This document shows, one piece after another, positions 16,592-28,893 of a DNA stretch of 64,000 bases; position 1 is the first letter of the stretch, and each line of letters starts with the position of its first letter. This stretch comes from Tubulanus polymorphus (lineage: Eukaryota > Animalia > Nemertea): NCBI RefSeq assembly GCF_964204645.1, contig NC_134025.1, positions 1 through 64,000 on the forward strand, read 5' to 3'. A program made the translations under genes and the position numbers. The notes beneath the pieces were generated by a model that was not told where the DNA came from, did not search any database, and saw only the letters and a program-made list of their open reading frames with translations.

Positions 16592-19500
16592 ATGCTTATA
16601 GGTAACAAAACTTTACCTTAAGCCTTAATCTAAACCTGTCTGTAAACTTCATAGAATTAGAGTGATCTCAAACTCAATCATAAACTAGTGGAAATGGAAC
16701 GTCATGAGCTTATTCTATAATCAGGATCACTCTGGGCCGACTCTATAATCAATCTGGACGCGTCCGGATGTCTCCAATTTCACTCTTTTATCGATCACGT
16801 GATCACTCTTTAATTCTGGCGAGGTGGTTTAGTTGCGGAGTAGAGCCTTGCGGTTAAGAAGATACACCTTCAGCATAGCATTAACAGGCAACCAGTCTAG
16901 GCTCAGCAACCAGTCTATAAGGGAAAGTGCAGTCGTTCTCTGATTGTACTCTTTTTTCATCGGATTATCCGGATATCAATCCAGATGTGATAATAGAGGG
17001 CGCCCCCATCATTCAGAACTACAAACTATCGCTTGTATACGTATATGATACACGTTTCAGAATCCTGGAACACCAGCGGAAACCAATCACCGGGAGCGAC
17101 AACACTATTCTTTAATGATACTAGCGCCACATAGTGGACCACATAGTAAACTGCAGTTAGACCAGTGTAAACGCTGTCCATTACCTAAACCTGGTCCGGA
17201 CCACCATCTACTCACTCTGACTGGTCATTAGAATAAAACCTGGTCCGGACCGCCATCTACTCACTCTGACTGGTCATTAGAATAAAACCTGGTCCGGACC
17301 GCCACCTACTCACTCTGACTGGTCATTAGAATAAAACCTGGTCCGGACCACCATCTACTCACTCTGACTGGTCATTAGAATAAAACCTGGTCCGGACCAC
17401 CATCTACTCACTCTGACTGGTCATTAGAATAAAACCTGGTCCGGACCACCATCTACTCACTCTGACTGGTCATTAGAATAAAACCTGGTCCGGACCGCCA
17501 CCTACTCACTCTGACTGGTCATTAGAATAAAACCTGGTCCGGACCACCATCTACTCACTCTGACTGGTCATTAGAATAAAACCTGGTCCGGACCGCCATC
17601 TACTCACTCTGACTGGTCATTAGAATAAAACCTGGTCCGGACCGCCACCTACTCACTCTGACTGGTCATTAGAATAAAACCTGGTCCGGACCACCACCTA
17701 CTCACTCTGACTGGTCATTAGAATAAAACCTGGTCCGGACCGCCATCTACTCACTCTGACTGGTCATTAGAATAAAACCTGGTCCGGACCGCCATCTACT
17801 CACTCTGACTGGTCATTAGAATAAAACCTGGTCCGGACCGCCATCTACTCACTCTGACTGGTCATTAGAATAAAACCTGGTCCGGACCGCCATCTACTCA
17901 CTCTGACTGGTCATTAGAATAAAACCTGGTCCGGACCGCCATCTACTCACTCTGACTGGTCATTAGAATAAAACCTGGTCCGGACCGCCATCTACTCACT
18001 CTGACTGGTCATTAGAATAAAACCTGGTCCGGACCACCACCTACTCACTCTGACTGGTCATTAGAATAAAACCTGGTCCGGACCACCATCTACTCACTCT
18101 GACTGGTCATTAGAATAAAACCTGGTCCGGACCGCCACCTACTCACTCTGACTGGTCATTAGAATAAAACCTGGTCCGGACCACCATCTACTCACTCTGA
18201 CTGGTCATTAGAATAAAACCTGGTCCGGACCGCCACCTACTCACTCTGACTGGTCATTAGAATAAAACCTGGTCCGGACCACCATCTACTCACTCTGACT
18301 GGTCATTAGAATAAAACCTGGTCCGGACCACCATCTACTCACTCTGACTGGTCATTAGAATAAAACCTGGTCCGGACCGCCACCTACTCACTCTGACTGG
18401 TCATTAGAATAAAACCTGGTCCGGACCACCACCTACTCACTCTGACTGGTCATTAGAATAAAACCTGGTCCGGACCACCACCTACTCACTCTGACTGGTC
18501 ATTAGAATAAAACCTGGTCCGGACCACCACCTACTCACTCTGACTGGTCATTAGAATAAAACCTGGTCCGGACCACCATCTACTCACTCTGACTGGTCAT
18601 TAGAATAAAACCTGGTCCGGACCGCCATCTACTCACTCTGACTGGTCATTAGAATAAAACCTGGTCCGGACCGCCACCTACTCACTCTGACTGGTCATTA
18701 GAATAAAACCTGGTCCGGACCGCCATCTACTCACTCTGACTGGTCATTAGAATAAAACCTGGTCCGGACCGCCATCTACTCACTCTGACTGGTCATTAGA
18801 ATAAAACCTGGTCCGGACCGCCACCTACTCACTCTGACTGGTCATTAGAATAAAACCTGGTCCGGACCGCCATCTACTCACTCTGACTGGTCATTAGAAT
18901 AAAACCTGGTCCGGACCGCCACCTACTCACTCTGACTGGTCATTAGAATAAAACCTGGTCCGGACCGCCATCTACTCACTCTGACTGGTCATTAGAATAA
19001 AACCTGGTCCGGACCGCCACCTACTCACTCTGACTGGTCATTAGAATAAAACAATTATATGTTTAATGTATTGTAGATATCAGTGCAGAAGCTTTGCGTC
19101 AATCTTTAAAGCATCATTTAGATTTATTTGAAGATTTAGTCGTTGATTTGGATGAGGAAACTTTTCTCAGAATTCTACAGAGACGTCGTGATAAATGCAG
19201 TACTAGTGCTGCCACCTGTAGTACCGATGTCGTATCACTTGCTAAAGTAAATATTCTTCGAAACGTTTTGTTTGAAATGATTTTATGAATTTTTATGTGA
19301 TTGAAAAATTGTTGACTATTTTTCAGAGTTTAGATTTTTGTGTCTCGTGTCGTGAGAAATTAGAAGCTAAATCTACACCAGCACAAGATGAGACCACAGC
19401 TGCTGAGGCCACAATTGAGGCTACAGCTGCTGAGGCCACAGTTGAGGCTACAGTTGCTAAGGCTACAGTTGAGACCACAGCTAAGGCTACAGTTGAGACC

Positions 19501-21709
19501 ACAGCTGAGGCTACAGTTGAGACCACAGCTGAGGCTACAGTTGAGACCCCAGTTGAAACCACAGTTGAGACCCCACCTGAGGCTACAGTTGAGGCTACAG
19601 TTGATACCACAGCTGAGGCTACAGTTGCTGAGGCCACAGTTGCTGAGGCCACAGTTGAGGCTACAGTTGCTGAGGCTACAGTCGAGACCACAGCTGAGGC
19701 TACAGTTGCTAAGGCTACAGTCGAGACCACAGCTGAGGCCACAGTCGAGACCACAGCTGAGGCCACAGTCGAGACCACAGCTGAGGCCACAGTCGAGACC
19801 ACAGCTGAGGCTGGTGGACAAGTTGAGACTGGTGGACAATGTAAGGCTAATGGACAAGTTGAGACTGGTGGACAGTGTGAGGCAGTTGAAACAATTCAAA
19901 CCCCCATCCTTCAAAAACGTAGAAGACCTTCTAGAAAGAGATCGGCTACACCAATTGGTAGAGACAAACCAGTAGTGCCCCCTAGTGACCCACCTGCTCT
20001 AAGGGGCCGACCAGTAGTGCCGCCCAGTGAATCACCTGATCTGAGTGATAGACCAGTGGCTCCCTCTAGTGACTCGCCTGCTCCTAGGGGTCGAGGTCGG
20101 CTTCGTAAAAATGCAGTAACGCCGTCCTCTACAACGGAACCAGTTTCTCCAGAACAAATTGATTTCAAACCAAACGTCAACAATATTCAAATTCAAGTTG
20201 ATATGGACTACGAGGATCAAATTCGAAAATCAGGTACAAATAATTTACCGGTATTTTAAACAACGATCGAATTAAAGAAATATCGGATTCATTCCGAAAT
20301 TAATTCATTTCAGCCAAAAAGAGGAAATTGAAAACTCCGAAACGAATTGTTGATTGTAAAGAAGGATTATTATTAAATGGCAGAGATCCAGGTTTGTGTT
20401 AAAACATGTTTAAACCGTTTTATATTCTCAACATTTCATCGATTCAACATTTTTGAAACTAATTTTTGTAGGTATTTGTCAAGAAGGATCGAGTAATGAG
20501 TTACCGTTGGTTATGGCGAGTACATCGCAACAATATCAGCATCGAGAAGGTAAAATAACCCCGTTAACCCCCGGAGCTAATCCCGGAGTTGATCCCGGGG
20601 GGTTGAACCCGGAGTTGATCCCGTACTCCACCTGACAATCACTGTATATTACTCCAAATCATCACTGCTCCGGAATCTGTCGACCTCGGAGAGAATAGTT
20701 CCCTAGAGATCTGAGTTCAGTTTATTGTATTCATAGCAGTTTGGAAAATATTATAACGAGATGAAACTATTGATATTTTATAGGTGAAGAATTGAGACGT
20801 TACGAGGATCAGAAAGATGTGAAAACAGTTTTAACCGATCAACTTCATTCGTGTTCGGTTTGTGGTAAATTAATCCCGTTAAATGACGTCGATGAACACA
20901 TGAAAACTCACGTCATCTCCACATATTTCTATAATAATCCATTTTCTTGCGCAATTTGCGCGAAAAAATTCTCGAATGAAAATTCGTACAGAAAACATCG
21001 ATTGAAACATAATACGAAGAAAAAACCGGTTTGGGAATGTAACGTCTGTTCGAAGGCTTTCACTTGGAAAAAATCTCTTAAAGATCACATGAAACTTCAT
21101 TCGGGGCATGATTTATTTAAATGCGATTTATGCGAGAAAGAGTTTACGAGAATGAAATTATTAATACAACACCGCAGAGTTCACACGAGAGAAACTCCTT
21201 TCTCTTGTGATTATTGCGGTAGAAAGTTCTCGGATCGAGGAAATTTATCGCGCCATATTAAAGAGATCCATCTCGGCGTTAAATACAAGTGCGACGTTTG
21301 TGAGAAGAGTTTCTGTCAGAAACGGTATTTATTAATTCACAAACGGTCGCACACGGGTTATAAACCGTTCGTGTGCGACGTGTGCGGGAAGGGTTTTACT
21401 CGTAAAGATCAACAAACTCTTCATCGCACGACGCATTCGGGTAAAAAACCATTTCAATGTGAAATCTGTAATAAGAGTTATTTACAGAAAACTAAATTAG
21501 CCGTTCATTTGAGATCTCACACCGGTGAGAAACCTTATCAATGTGATCAATGCGATAAACGTTTCGGGTGTCCAACTATATTCCAACGACATAAATTAAT
21601 TCACACAGGAATTAAACCTTTTCAGTGTAAAATCTGTGAGAAATCATTTCTACAGAAAGCTCATTTACATGCACATTTACTGAAAATACATCAATCTCAT
21701 GATTTTTAA
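16592..21709 (+). CDS. C2H2 zinc-finger protein (~10 fingers) with T/A/E/V-rich repeat region and AT-hook-like motif; start exon tentative
   Basis: Last exon 20784-21709 has about 10 CxxC..H..H fingers with TGEKP-type linkers. In-phase upstream exons at ~19077-19246, 19328-20233, 20313-20391, 20472-20549. Putative start ATGCTTATAG|GT at 16592 is phase-compatible but unproven. Confidence 0.75.
17187..19051. repeat. 49-bp minisatellite (~38 copies), zinc-finger gene intron
   Basis: AAAACCTGGTCCGGACCRCCAYCTACTCACTCTGACTGGTCATTAGAAT. Confidence 0.97.
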
Positions 21710-21749
21710 ACATTTAATGCAATTATGTTACTATTGGTTTGAAATGTAG

Positions 21750-22408
21750 ATATATCTGATTGATTCAGTGATATATCTGATTGATTCAGTGAAATATCTG
21801 ATAGATTCAGTCATATATCTGATTGATTCAGTGAAATATCTGATAGATTCAGTGATATATCTGATTGATTCAGTGAAATATCTGATAGATTCAGTGATAT
21901 ATCTGATTGATTCAGTGATATATTTGATTGATTCAGTGATATATCTGATTGATTCAGTGATATATCTGATTGATTCAGTGATATATCTGATTCATTCAGT
22001 GAAATATCTGATAGATTCAGTGATATATCTGATTGATTCAGAATTTTGTTTGGCATTTGTTTTTCTCAATATTTAATTATAATCTCTTGCATTGTATTTG
22101 ATGTATCATGTTTAACAGTGGGTGATTATATGAATCATGTATCCATATTCTGTTTTTCCGGGGTAGCAAGGCTCCTCGTTTAGGGGGATAGCTCCATCAT
22201 GGACTGGGATGGAGTTCCTTGTTTAGGGGGATAGCTCCATTGTGGACTGGGATGACCTCCCCGTTTAGGGGGATAGCTCCATCATGGACTGGGATGACCT
22301 CCTCGTTTAGGGGGATAGCTCCATCATGGACTGGGATAAGCTCCTCGTTAAGGGGGATAGCTCCATCATGGACTGGGATGAGCTCCTTGTTTAGAAGGAT
22401 AGCTCCAT
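21750..22408. repeat. 21-bp and 42-bp minisatellites in 3' regions
   Basis: ATATATCTGATTGATTCAGTG x ~14 (21750-22040); CTCCTCGTTTAGGGGGATAGCTCCATCATGGACTGGGATGAC x ~6 (22170-22408). Confidence 0.92.
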
Positions 22409-22644
22409 TTGAGTTTTTCTCACATATTGTGTTGTACATGTATATAATAAACTCAATTTATTGTCAGTGTAAAATTCTAATGGTTTTTATTTCAAACATC
22501 GATGTATTGAATTTATATAAATATCATAATGTTAGAAATAACATAAATAAAATCTAAAAACTCTTAAATAAAATACGGTATAATTTGTTTGTAATACATT
22601 TGGACTGTGGATCTCGGTGGAATGATCTGATCCACGTGTGGAAC

Positions 22645-24274
22645 TCAGTAGGTTGCATTGAGTAACTGTTGACGGTAATCGAGGAGTTGTTGCCAATTCG
22701 GATGACTGCGAATTAATTCATTATTTTTATGAGCTTCATAATGAAATGTGGGACCTTTTAATTCATACCTGAAAACAGAAATTATAAATTCATTTAAACA
22801 AACACAACAGACTTTTGTCTATTTCAACCTGACTTGAGAGCATCCGGGAAATTGAAGAGAAGTGACTCCATGATTTGAAAGTTTAACAATATGTTTCCAT
22901 GCCTACACACCAAACTTCAGTTGGTAGGCATGGAGACATATTGTTAAACTTCCAAATCAAGGTGTCTCTTTTCTCTCAGGAACCCCTCTATTATATTGTA
23001 TTCTGGTCCTAATAAGACCTTTATCAGGTATGTACTACTAAAACTGACTGAGCTAAGCCACTTGGAATGCTCTCAAGTCAGGTTGAAATAGACACTAGAA
23101 TCAGGGTTATTAATAGTGTTTACCATTTTGGTTGAGGTCCTCGAATTCTCTCTAATTCTCGGATTCGTTTCACCTCTAATAAATGTTCTTCCTCTATTTT
23201 TAATCGTTCCATTCGTAATTTAGCGATTTCATAATGAAACGGACTCGGACTCGGACTAACCGCTGATGATTCTATCAACAAATAAAGTACATATAGAAAC
23301 AATGTAGTAGGGTAGGTAGTATACTGGCAGTCAATCCAGGATTAGGATAGGTCTACTGGCAGTAAATCCAGGATTAAACTTACTGATAACTGGTGCTGTT
23401 TTTGACATCAAGTACATCTTATCCAAATCGCTCATCTTCTCATCGTTGATGTGGAATGTTTTTTTCTTGTTACCGGGAGTAACTGGCCTCCACGGAGCTC
23501 CGGGTTCGGGAAGTCCTTTCGCCGGGCCGCTGATTGTTTTTGGAGAAATGACGGTCGTTTCTAGGATATCACTGGATTTCATTGTTACCGGGAAATAAAC
23601 ATCGCCTAGACGATTCATCTCAGCCATTTTATTGTAAGTTTTATAATCCGGACGAAGACCTTCAGCGGCTCCCCCTAGAGGGGATATAGAGCGAGTGGCT
23701 CCCCCTAGAGGGGATATAGAGCGAGTAGCTCCCCCTAGAGGGGATATAGAGCGAGTAGCTCCCCCTAGAGGAGATATAGAGCGATGTACTGGTTTAGTAA
23801 ACCAGTCCGATGATTTGTTCGATCTGTTCAATAATTCTAACACCTCTCTATCAGCCGTATCCATACTATTCTTCATTTGGCAATCTGCCAACGCCGAGTT
23901 CAAATCATCTTCGCTGAAACTGACGCTCTTCTTTAGATTAGACGATGATGACCTTGACATTCCGCTGTATCTCAGCGGGTTATATACAGCAGAAGCCGGT
24001 GATTTTCTGGACCTCGTTATAGCTGTATTATTGTAATATTCCGGCCGACAACTGAAAATATAATAAAGTAAACAAATGATGAACAAACCCGCCAGGGTCT
24101 CGAACTAAAACTTCAAGTTCAAATTCATCAGCAGAATTTCATGTTTTTTTCTCCACTAAACCGATAGATCCATTCTCCTGCTCCTCATTGTATGAACAAA
24201 TTATCATTCACTTACTAAAACGGTGAACTTCTACCGTGCAATATAAAATCATCATCTACTACAGAAATCTTCAT
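22645..24274 (-). CDS. Uncharacterised protein, 4 exons, Ser-rich with a conserved-looking C-terminal helical region
   Basis: Phase-consistent splicing: MKISVVDDDFILHGRSSPF|YCRPEYY...(RSISPLGGAT)x4...APVI|KSSAVSPSPSPFHYEIAKLRMERLKIEEEHLLEVKRIRELERIRGPQPKW|YELKGPTFHYEAHKNNELIRSHPNWQQLLDYRQQLLNATY*. No family recognised. Confidence 0.75.
22816..23094. mobile_element. MITE-like element with ~30-bp terminal inverted repeats and an internal ~38-bp inverted repeat, intronic
   Basis: TGTCTATTTCAACCTGACTTGAGAGCAT ... ATGCTCTCAAGTCAGGTTGAAATAGACA. Internal pair TGATTTGAAAGTTTAACAATATGTTTCCATGCCTAC / GTAGGCATGGAGACATATTGTTAAACTTCCAAATCA. Confidence 0.75.
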
Positions 24275-25176
24275 TTTGACAGAAAGTAGTCGACACCAGC
24301 TGTCAGAGGCTGTCAGATCGGAGAGATTGTTTACAGTGGAAACGAAAAGAGAAATTCGCGAGAATAATCCCAACTCAATCTAAGAATTGATTTTTGTTTT
24401 GAAAAATATCAATTTAACCATTGGCCTCGTTTTAAAATTAAATCTATTGTTGGTATTTTTAGGAAAAAAAACGTCTTTAAAAAAAAGAAATATGATTTCA
24501 CTTAGTCTTGTCGGTTCCCGGTGATAATTAGTTTAATCAATGTGGCACTGCTTGTTTCGTATCAATTATTTGATTATTTTAATCATTTTATTACAAATAA
24601 ATCAATAAAATGATTAAATTGGTGGAAAAAAAGAAATATAGAAATTACTGGAACAAAATCAATAAATGATAAATTGAATTGATCAATTCAATTCATAAAG
24701 TTTATTGTTACAATGTAATAAAATGAATGTAAATATAATGAAAATGAAATAAAATTGAAATGAAAATTATCAATTAAAATGATCAACATGAAATTAAATT
24801 TTCAATTGATAAATAGGAAATAAATTTGCATTGAATTTATCCGAAAGAGTCTCTTCACTTTTCACGAGAAAGTTGATTGAAAACCATTGATTCTTTGAGT
24901 TTACGCTTTGAAAACGATATTCCTTTAGACCAGAAGATATTGATTGAAAGTGTTTATTGTAAGTTGATTATGGCTTTGTTTTTTTTTCGTTTTTTGTAGC
25001 AAAAAACCGTCGACAAAAAGAGTACTCTACTAAATTCAATTTAATTTTATTGATGATGTTTCTCTCGATGTTAAACCTTGTATCTCGCATTTAAAACTCT
25101 CTCTTTCAGTGAGTTTGTGACACACACACATGTGTTACCAAATGTAGTACCAGGACTGCTGTTGCTGTGAAAGAAA

Positions 25177-26422
25177 ATGTCGAAACATTTCAGGAAATTT
25201 GGAGCACCATTTTTAGTAAGTAGTCAGTAGATCTATCCATCCTCACTCCCCAGGGGCTGATTCAGGAGCGCAAAGTAATGAAAAGGGGCATATAATAATG
25301 AAAAGGGGCCAGTATCCACGCAACTAGAACTTAAGGGTTTGGAAAATGTTGAAATCTCATCAGTGCATTTTCATCCATTTCTACTAGGCCTAAAGTAATA
25401 TTTATGATGTATTTTAGGTTTTAGTTCTCGGTGGTTCATTTGGTTTGAGATATTTCACATCACTGCGCTATGAATTCAGTCGCAAAAAAGCAGTAAGTCT
25501 CGATACTACATTTCAAATAATCCTTCGCACCAATAACCCTTAATGCTAATAACCCTTATTGCCAATAACCCTTAATGCTAATAACCCTTAATGCTAATAA
25601 CCCTTAATGCTAATAACCCTTAATGCTAATAATCTTGTAGAAAATTTCTAAACAGAATGGTTTTTGTTTACATAGATCACTGAGGAAGAGGCTGAAGAAT
25701 TTGGTTTACAAATGAGAAAAGAGAAAGTGACATTAGACAGTGAATACAAGGTGAATTATACCTGGTGATTGTACTGATTGTACCGATAGTACTGATAGTA
25801 CTGATAGTACCGATAGTACCGATAGTACTGATTGTACTGATTGTACCGATAGTACTGATTGTACTGATAGTACCGATAGTACCGATGGTACCGATAGTAC
25901 TGATAGTACCGATAGTACTGATAGTACCGATAGTACCGATGGTACCGATAGTACTGATAGTACCGATAGTACTGATTGTACTGATAGTACTGATAGTACT
26001 GATTGTACTGATAGTACTGATTGTACTGATAGTACCGATAGTACTGATAGTACCGATAGTACTGATTGCACTGATAGTACCGATAGTACTGATAGTACCG
26101 ATAGTACTGATAGTACTGATTGCACTGATAGTACCGATAGTACTGATAGTACCGATAGTACTGATAGTACTGATTGTACTGATATTACCGATAGTACTGA
26201 TTGTACCGATAGTACTGATAGTACTGATAGTACCGATAGTACCGATAGTACTGATAGTACTGATAGTACCGATAGTATTTGTAGTACTTCAATAAATCAT
26301 CTTTGATCTATTTTCAGAGACTTCAAGAAATGGAATTAGATACCTGGGATAATATACGTGGTCCACGACCTTGGGAGGACAGTAAAACAGTACAGGACGC
26401 TCAAAGAGTTAATCCATCATAG
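25177..26422 (+). CDS. COX16: Cytochrome c oxidase assembly factor COX16, 4 exons (absent from the ORF track)
   Basis: MSKHFRKFGAPFL|VLVLGGSFGLRYFTSLRYEFSRKKA|ITEEEAEEFGLQMRKEKVTLDSEYK|RLQEMELDTWDNIRGPRPWEDSKTVQDAQRVNPS*. GGSFGL..F..LRY and W.NIRGPRPWED are COX16 signatures. Confidence 0.93.
25765..26277. repeat. 9-bp minisatellite, COX16 intron
   Basis: GAT(A/T)GTAC(T/C) x ~55. Confidence 0.95.
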
Positions 26423-27068
26423 CTAGCAGACCCTCGGCCTGGCTTCCCCCATCCAACAGCACTTAGCCCCCCCCCCCACTCCAACAGCAGCACTCTCCCC
26501 CTCCAACAGCAGGCCCCTCCACTCCAACAGCAGCCGCCTCCACTCCAACAGCAGCACTCTCCCCTCCAACAGCAGCCCCTCCACTCCAACAGCAATCTCC
26601 CCCACTCCAACAGCAGCCCCCTCCGCTCCAACAGCAGGCCCCCTCCATTCCAACAGCAGGCCCCCTCCCCAACTGCAGCACCCTCCAAACTGTGTGATAC
26701 AGTGCGTATATATGTGATAAACCAAGAGATGGTGATTTTTGATTATTTAATAAAAATCTGATTTATTTTATAACCACGTTGTCTATTATCAGTCATCGAG
26801 GTTAGGATTATGCATGGTGACCCTCAAAACCTCATTTTATCGAGCGCTGCCTCCTCTGGGTAGTTGGAAAACATCGATTATTATATTATGGAATTTTGTA
26901 ATTGAACACTGCATAGTCTCGTCCAATCGTGTGATATTAGTTAAATAAAGTTTTATTGAATTGATAATGGTATCCACAATCTGTCAAGGTCAAACATTTA
27001 ATTTTCTGGGCCGGCTGAAAAATTTATTTCTATTTTGAAGAGGAAACAGGAAATAGAGGAAAAAGAGG

Positions 27069-28823
27069 ATGAGTGACTCTAACAATGTGGAAGGAGGAAG
27101 AGACGGAGATGAGAAATCGAGTGGAATCAATTTACGATGTGTTGATGAAAGATGGAGTGATTTTAGAGTTAAAGATGATGGACTGGTTACATTTACAGCT
27201 ACAGAACAGGTACTAATTAATTACCTACACAGCTTCTCTCCACCTGCTGCCGCTGCTGCGGTGGACTGAATACCAGTGGTTACCGGTTCCCTATAACATG
27301 GAACGACGGCTACGTACCGGACTACGGCTGCTGCTGCGGCTGCTGCTGCTGCAGTCTGGTGGTGGCGGCTGCGGCTGCTGCTGCCTCCGTTTCGGTCAAT
27401 ATTTCTGATTCCTGTTTTATTTTATAGGATGAAATTGAGGATAAAGTTGAAGAATTATATATGAAATTTAAGAAAGAATATGAAACCTATTCAGAGTAAG
27501 TGAAATCCCGGAGAGGTCTGTGGTGTGCTTCTCCTCAAGAGAGGTCTCCCCATTCCTCCTAGAGAGGTCTCCCCATTCCTCCTAGAGAGGTCTCCCCATT
27601 CCTCCTAGAGAGGTCTCCCCATTCCTCCTAGAGAGGTCTCCCCATTCCTCCTAGAGAGGTCTCCCCATTCCTCCCTCCCGACTGCTGGACGGAGAGGTCT
27701 CCCCATTCCTCCTAGAGAGGTCTCCCCATTCCTCCTAGAGAGGTCTCCCCATTCCTCCTAGTGAGGTCTCCCCATTCCTCCTAGAGAGGTCTCCCCATTC
27801 CTCCTAGAGAGGTCTCCCCATTCCTCCTAGAGAGGTCTCCCCATTCCTCCTAGAGAGGTCTCCCCATTCCTCCCTCCCGACTGCTGGACGGAGAGGTCTC
27901 CCCATTCCTCCTAGAGAGGTCTCCCCATTCCTCCCTCCCGACTGCTGGACGGAGAGGTCTGTACCCCTCTGTATCTCCCCTCCTGACGTTACTGAATATT
28001 GAATTGTGATATTATTGATTTTCAGTATACCAAAATTAGAAAGATTTAAACACGCAAGATTTTTAATGAAAGGAATTAGAAATTTATCATCAAACTATGA
28101 GGTAAAAATTCAATAAAATCTGCAACAATTCAAAATATATCAATAACAGTTACTAATAGTAACAGTTGTATATAGTGTTTAGATGCAAGTCAGCCGTGGT
28201 TGTGTTATTGGACATTACATGGATTAGAATTATTAGGGGTTCCTCCTCCTGAAGATATCGCTATTGAGTGAGTACCTCCCCTCAATCTCTACAGCGATAC
28301 ACCGAGTATACATCTGAATTTATTGATTTATTCATATTTCAGCGTTGCAAATTTCCTCGCGAAATGTCAGAATAAAGATGGCGGCTTTGGAGGTCAGTGT
28401 GGAGGTCACGTAGCCAAGTTTCAATCATGTGATTAGTATAATGTGAAATTGTTATTTTAGGGGGACCGTATCAGCAATCACATCTTGCTACGACTTATGG
28501 AGCTGTAAACGCATTATGTATCATTGGAACTGAACACGCTTACAAGATAATAGATAGGTAATAATCTGACAATATGAGATGAGCCCTTGAGATTCAATGA
28601 GATGTTGAGATAATGAGAAAAAGTGAGCCATTGAGATAATGAGATAAGCCCTTGAGATTTAATGAGAATGAGATGTTGAGATTCAATGAGAATGAGATAA
28701 TGATATATGATATTGTTGATTGTAGGAAGTCTCTGTATAAATGGATGATGTCATTACGTAATGAGGAAGGAGCGTTTCGGATGCATGAAGGTGGTGAATT
28801 AGATGTCAGGTACATGTGAAACA

Positions 28824-28893
<70 letters not shown>

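Noticed and set aside
16140-17115. Additional small gene upstream of the zinc-finger gene
   Set aside because: Frames examined close quickly; the short ORFs resemble nothing recognisable.
17187-19051. CRISPR-like array
   Set aside because: Head-to-tail 49-bp units with no unique spacers; eukaryotic intron; no cas genes.
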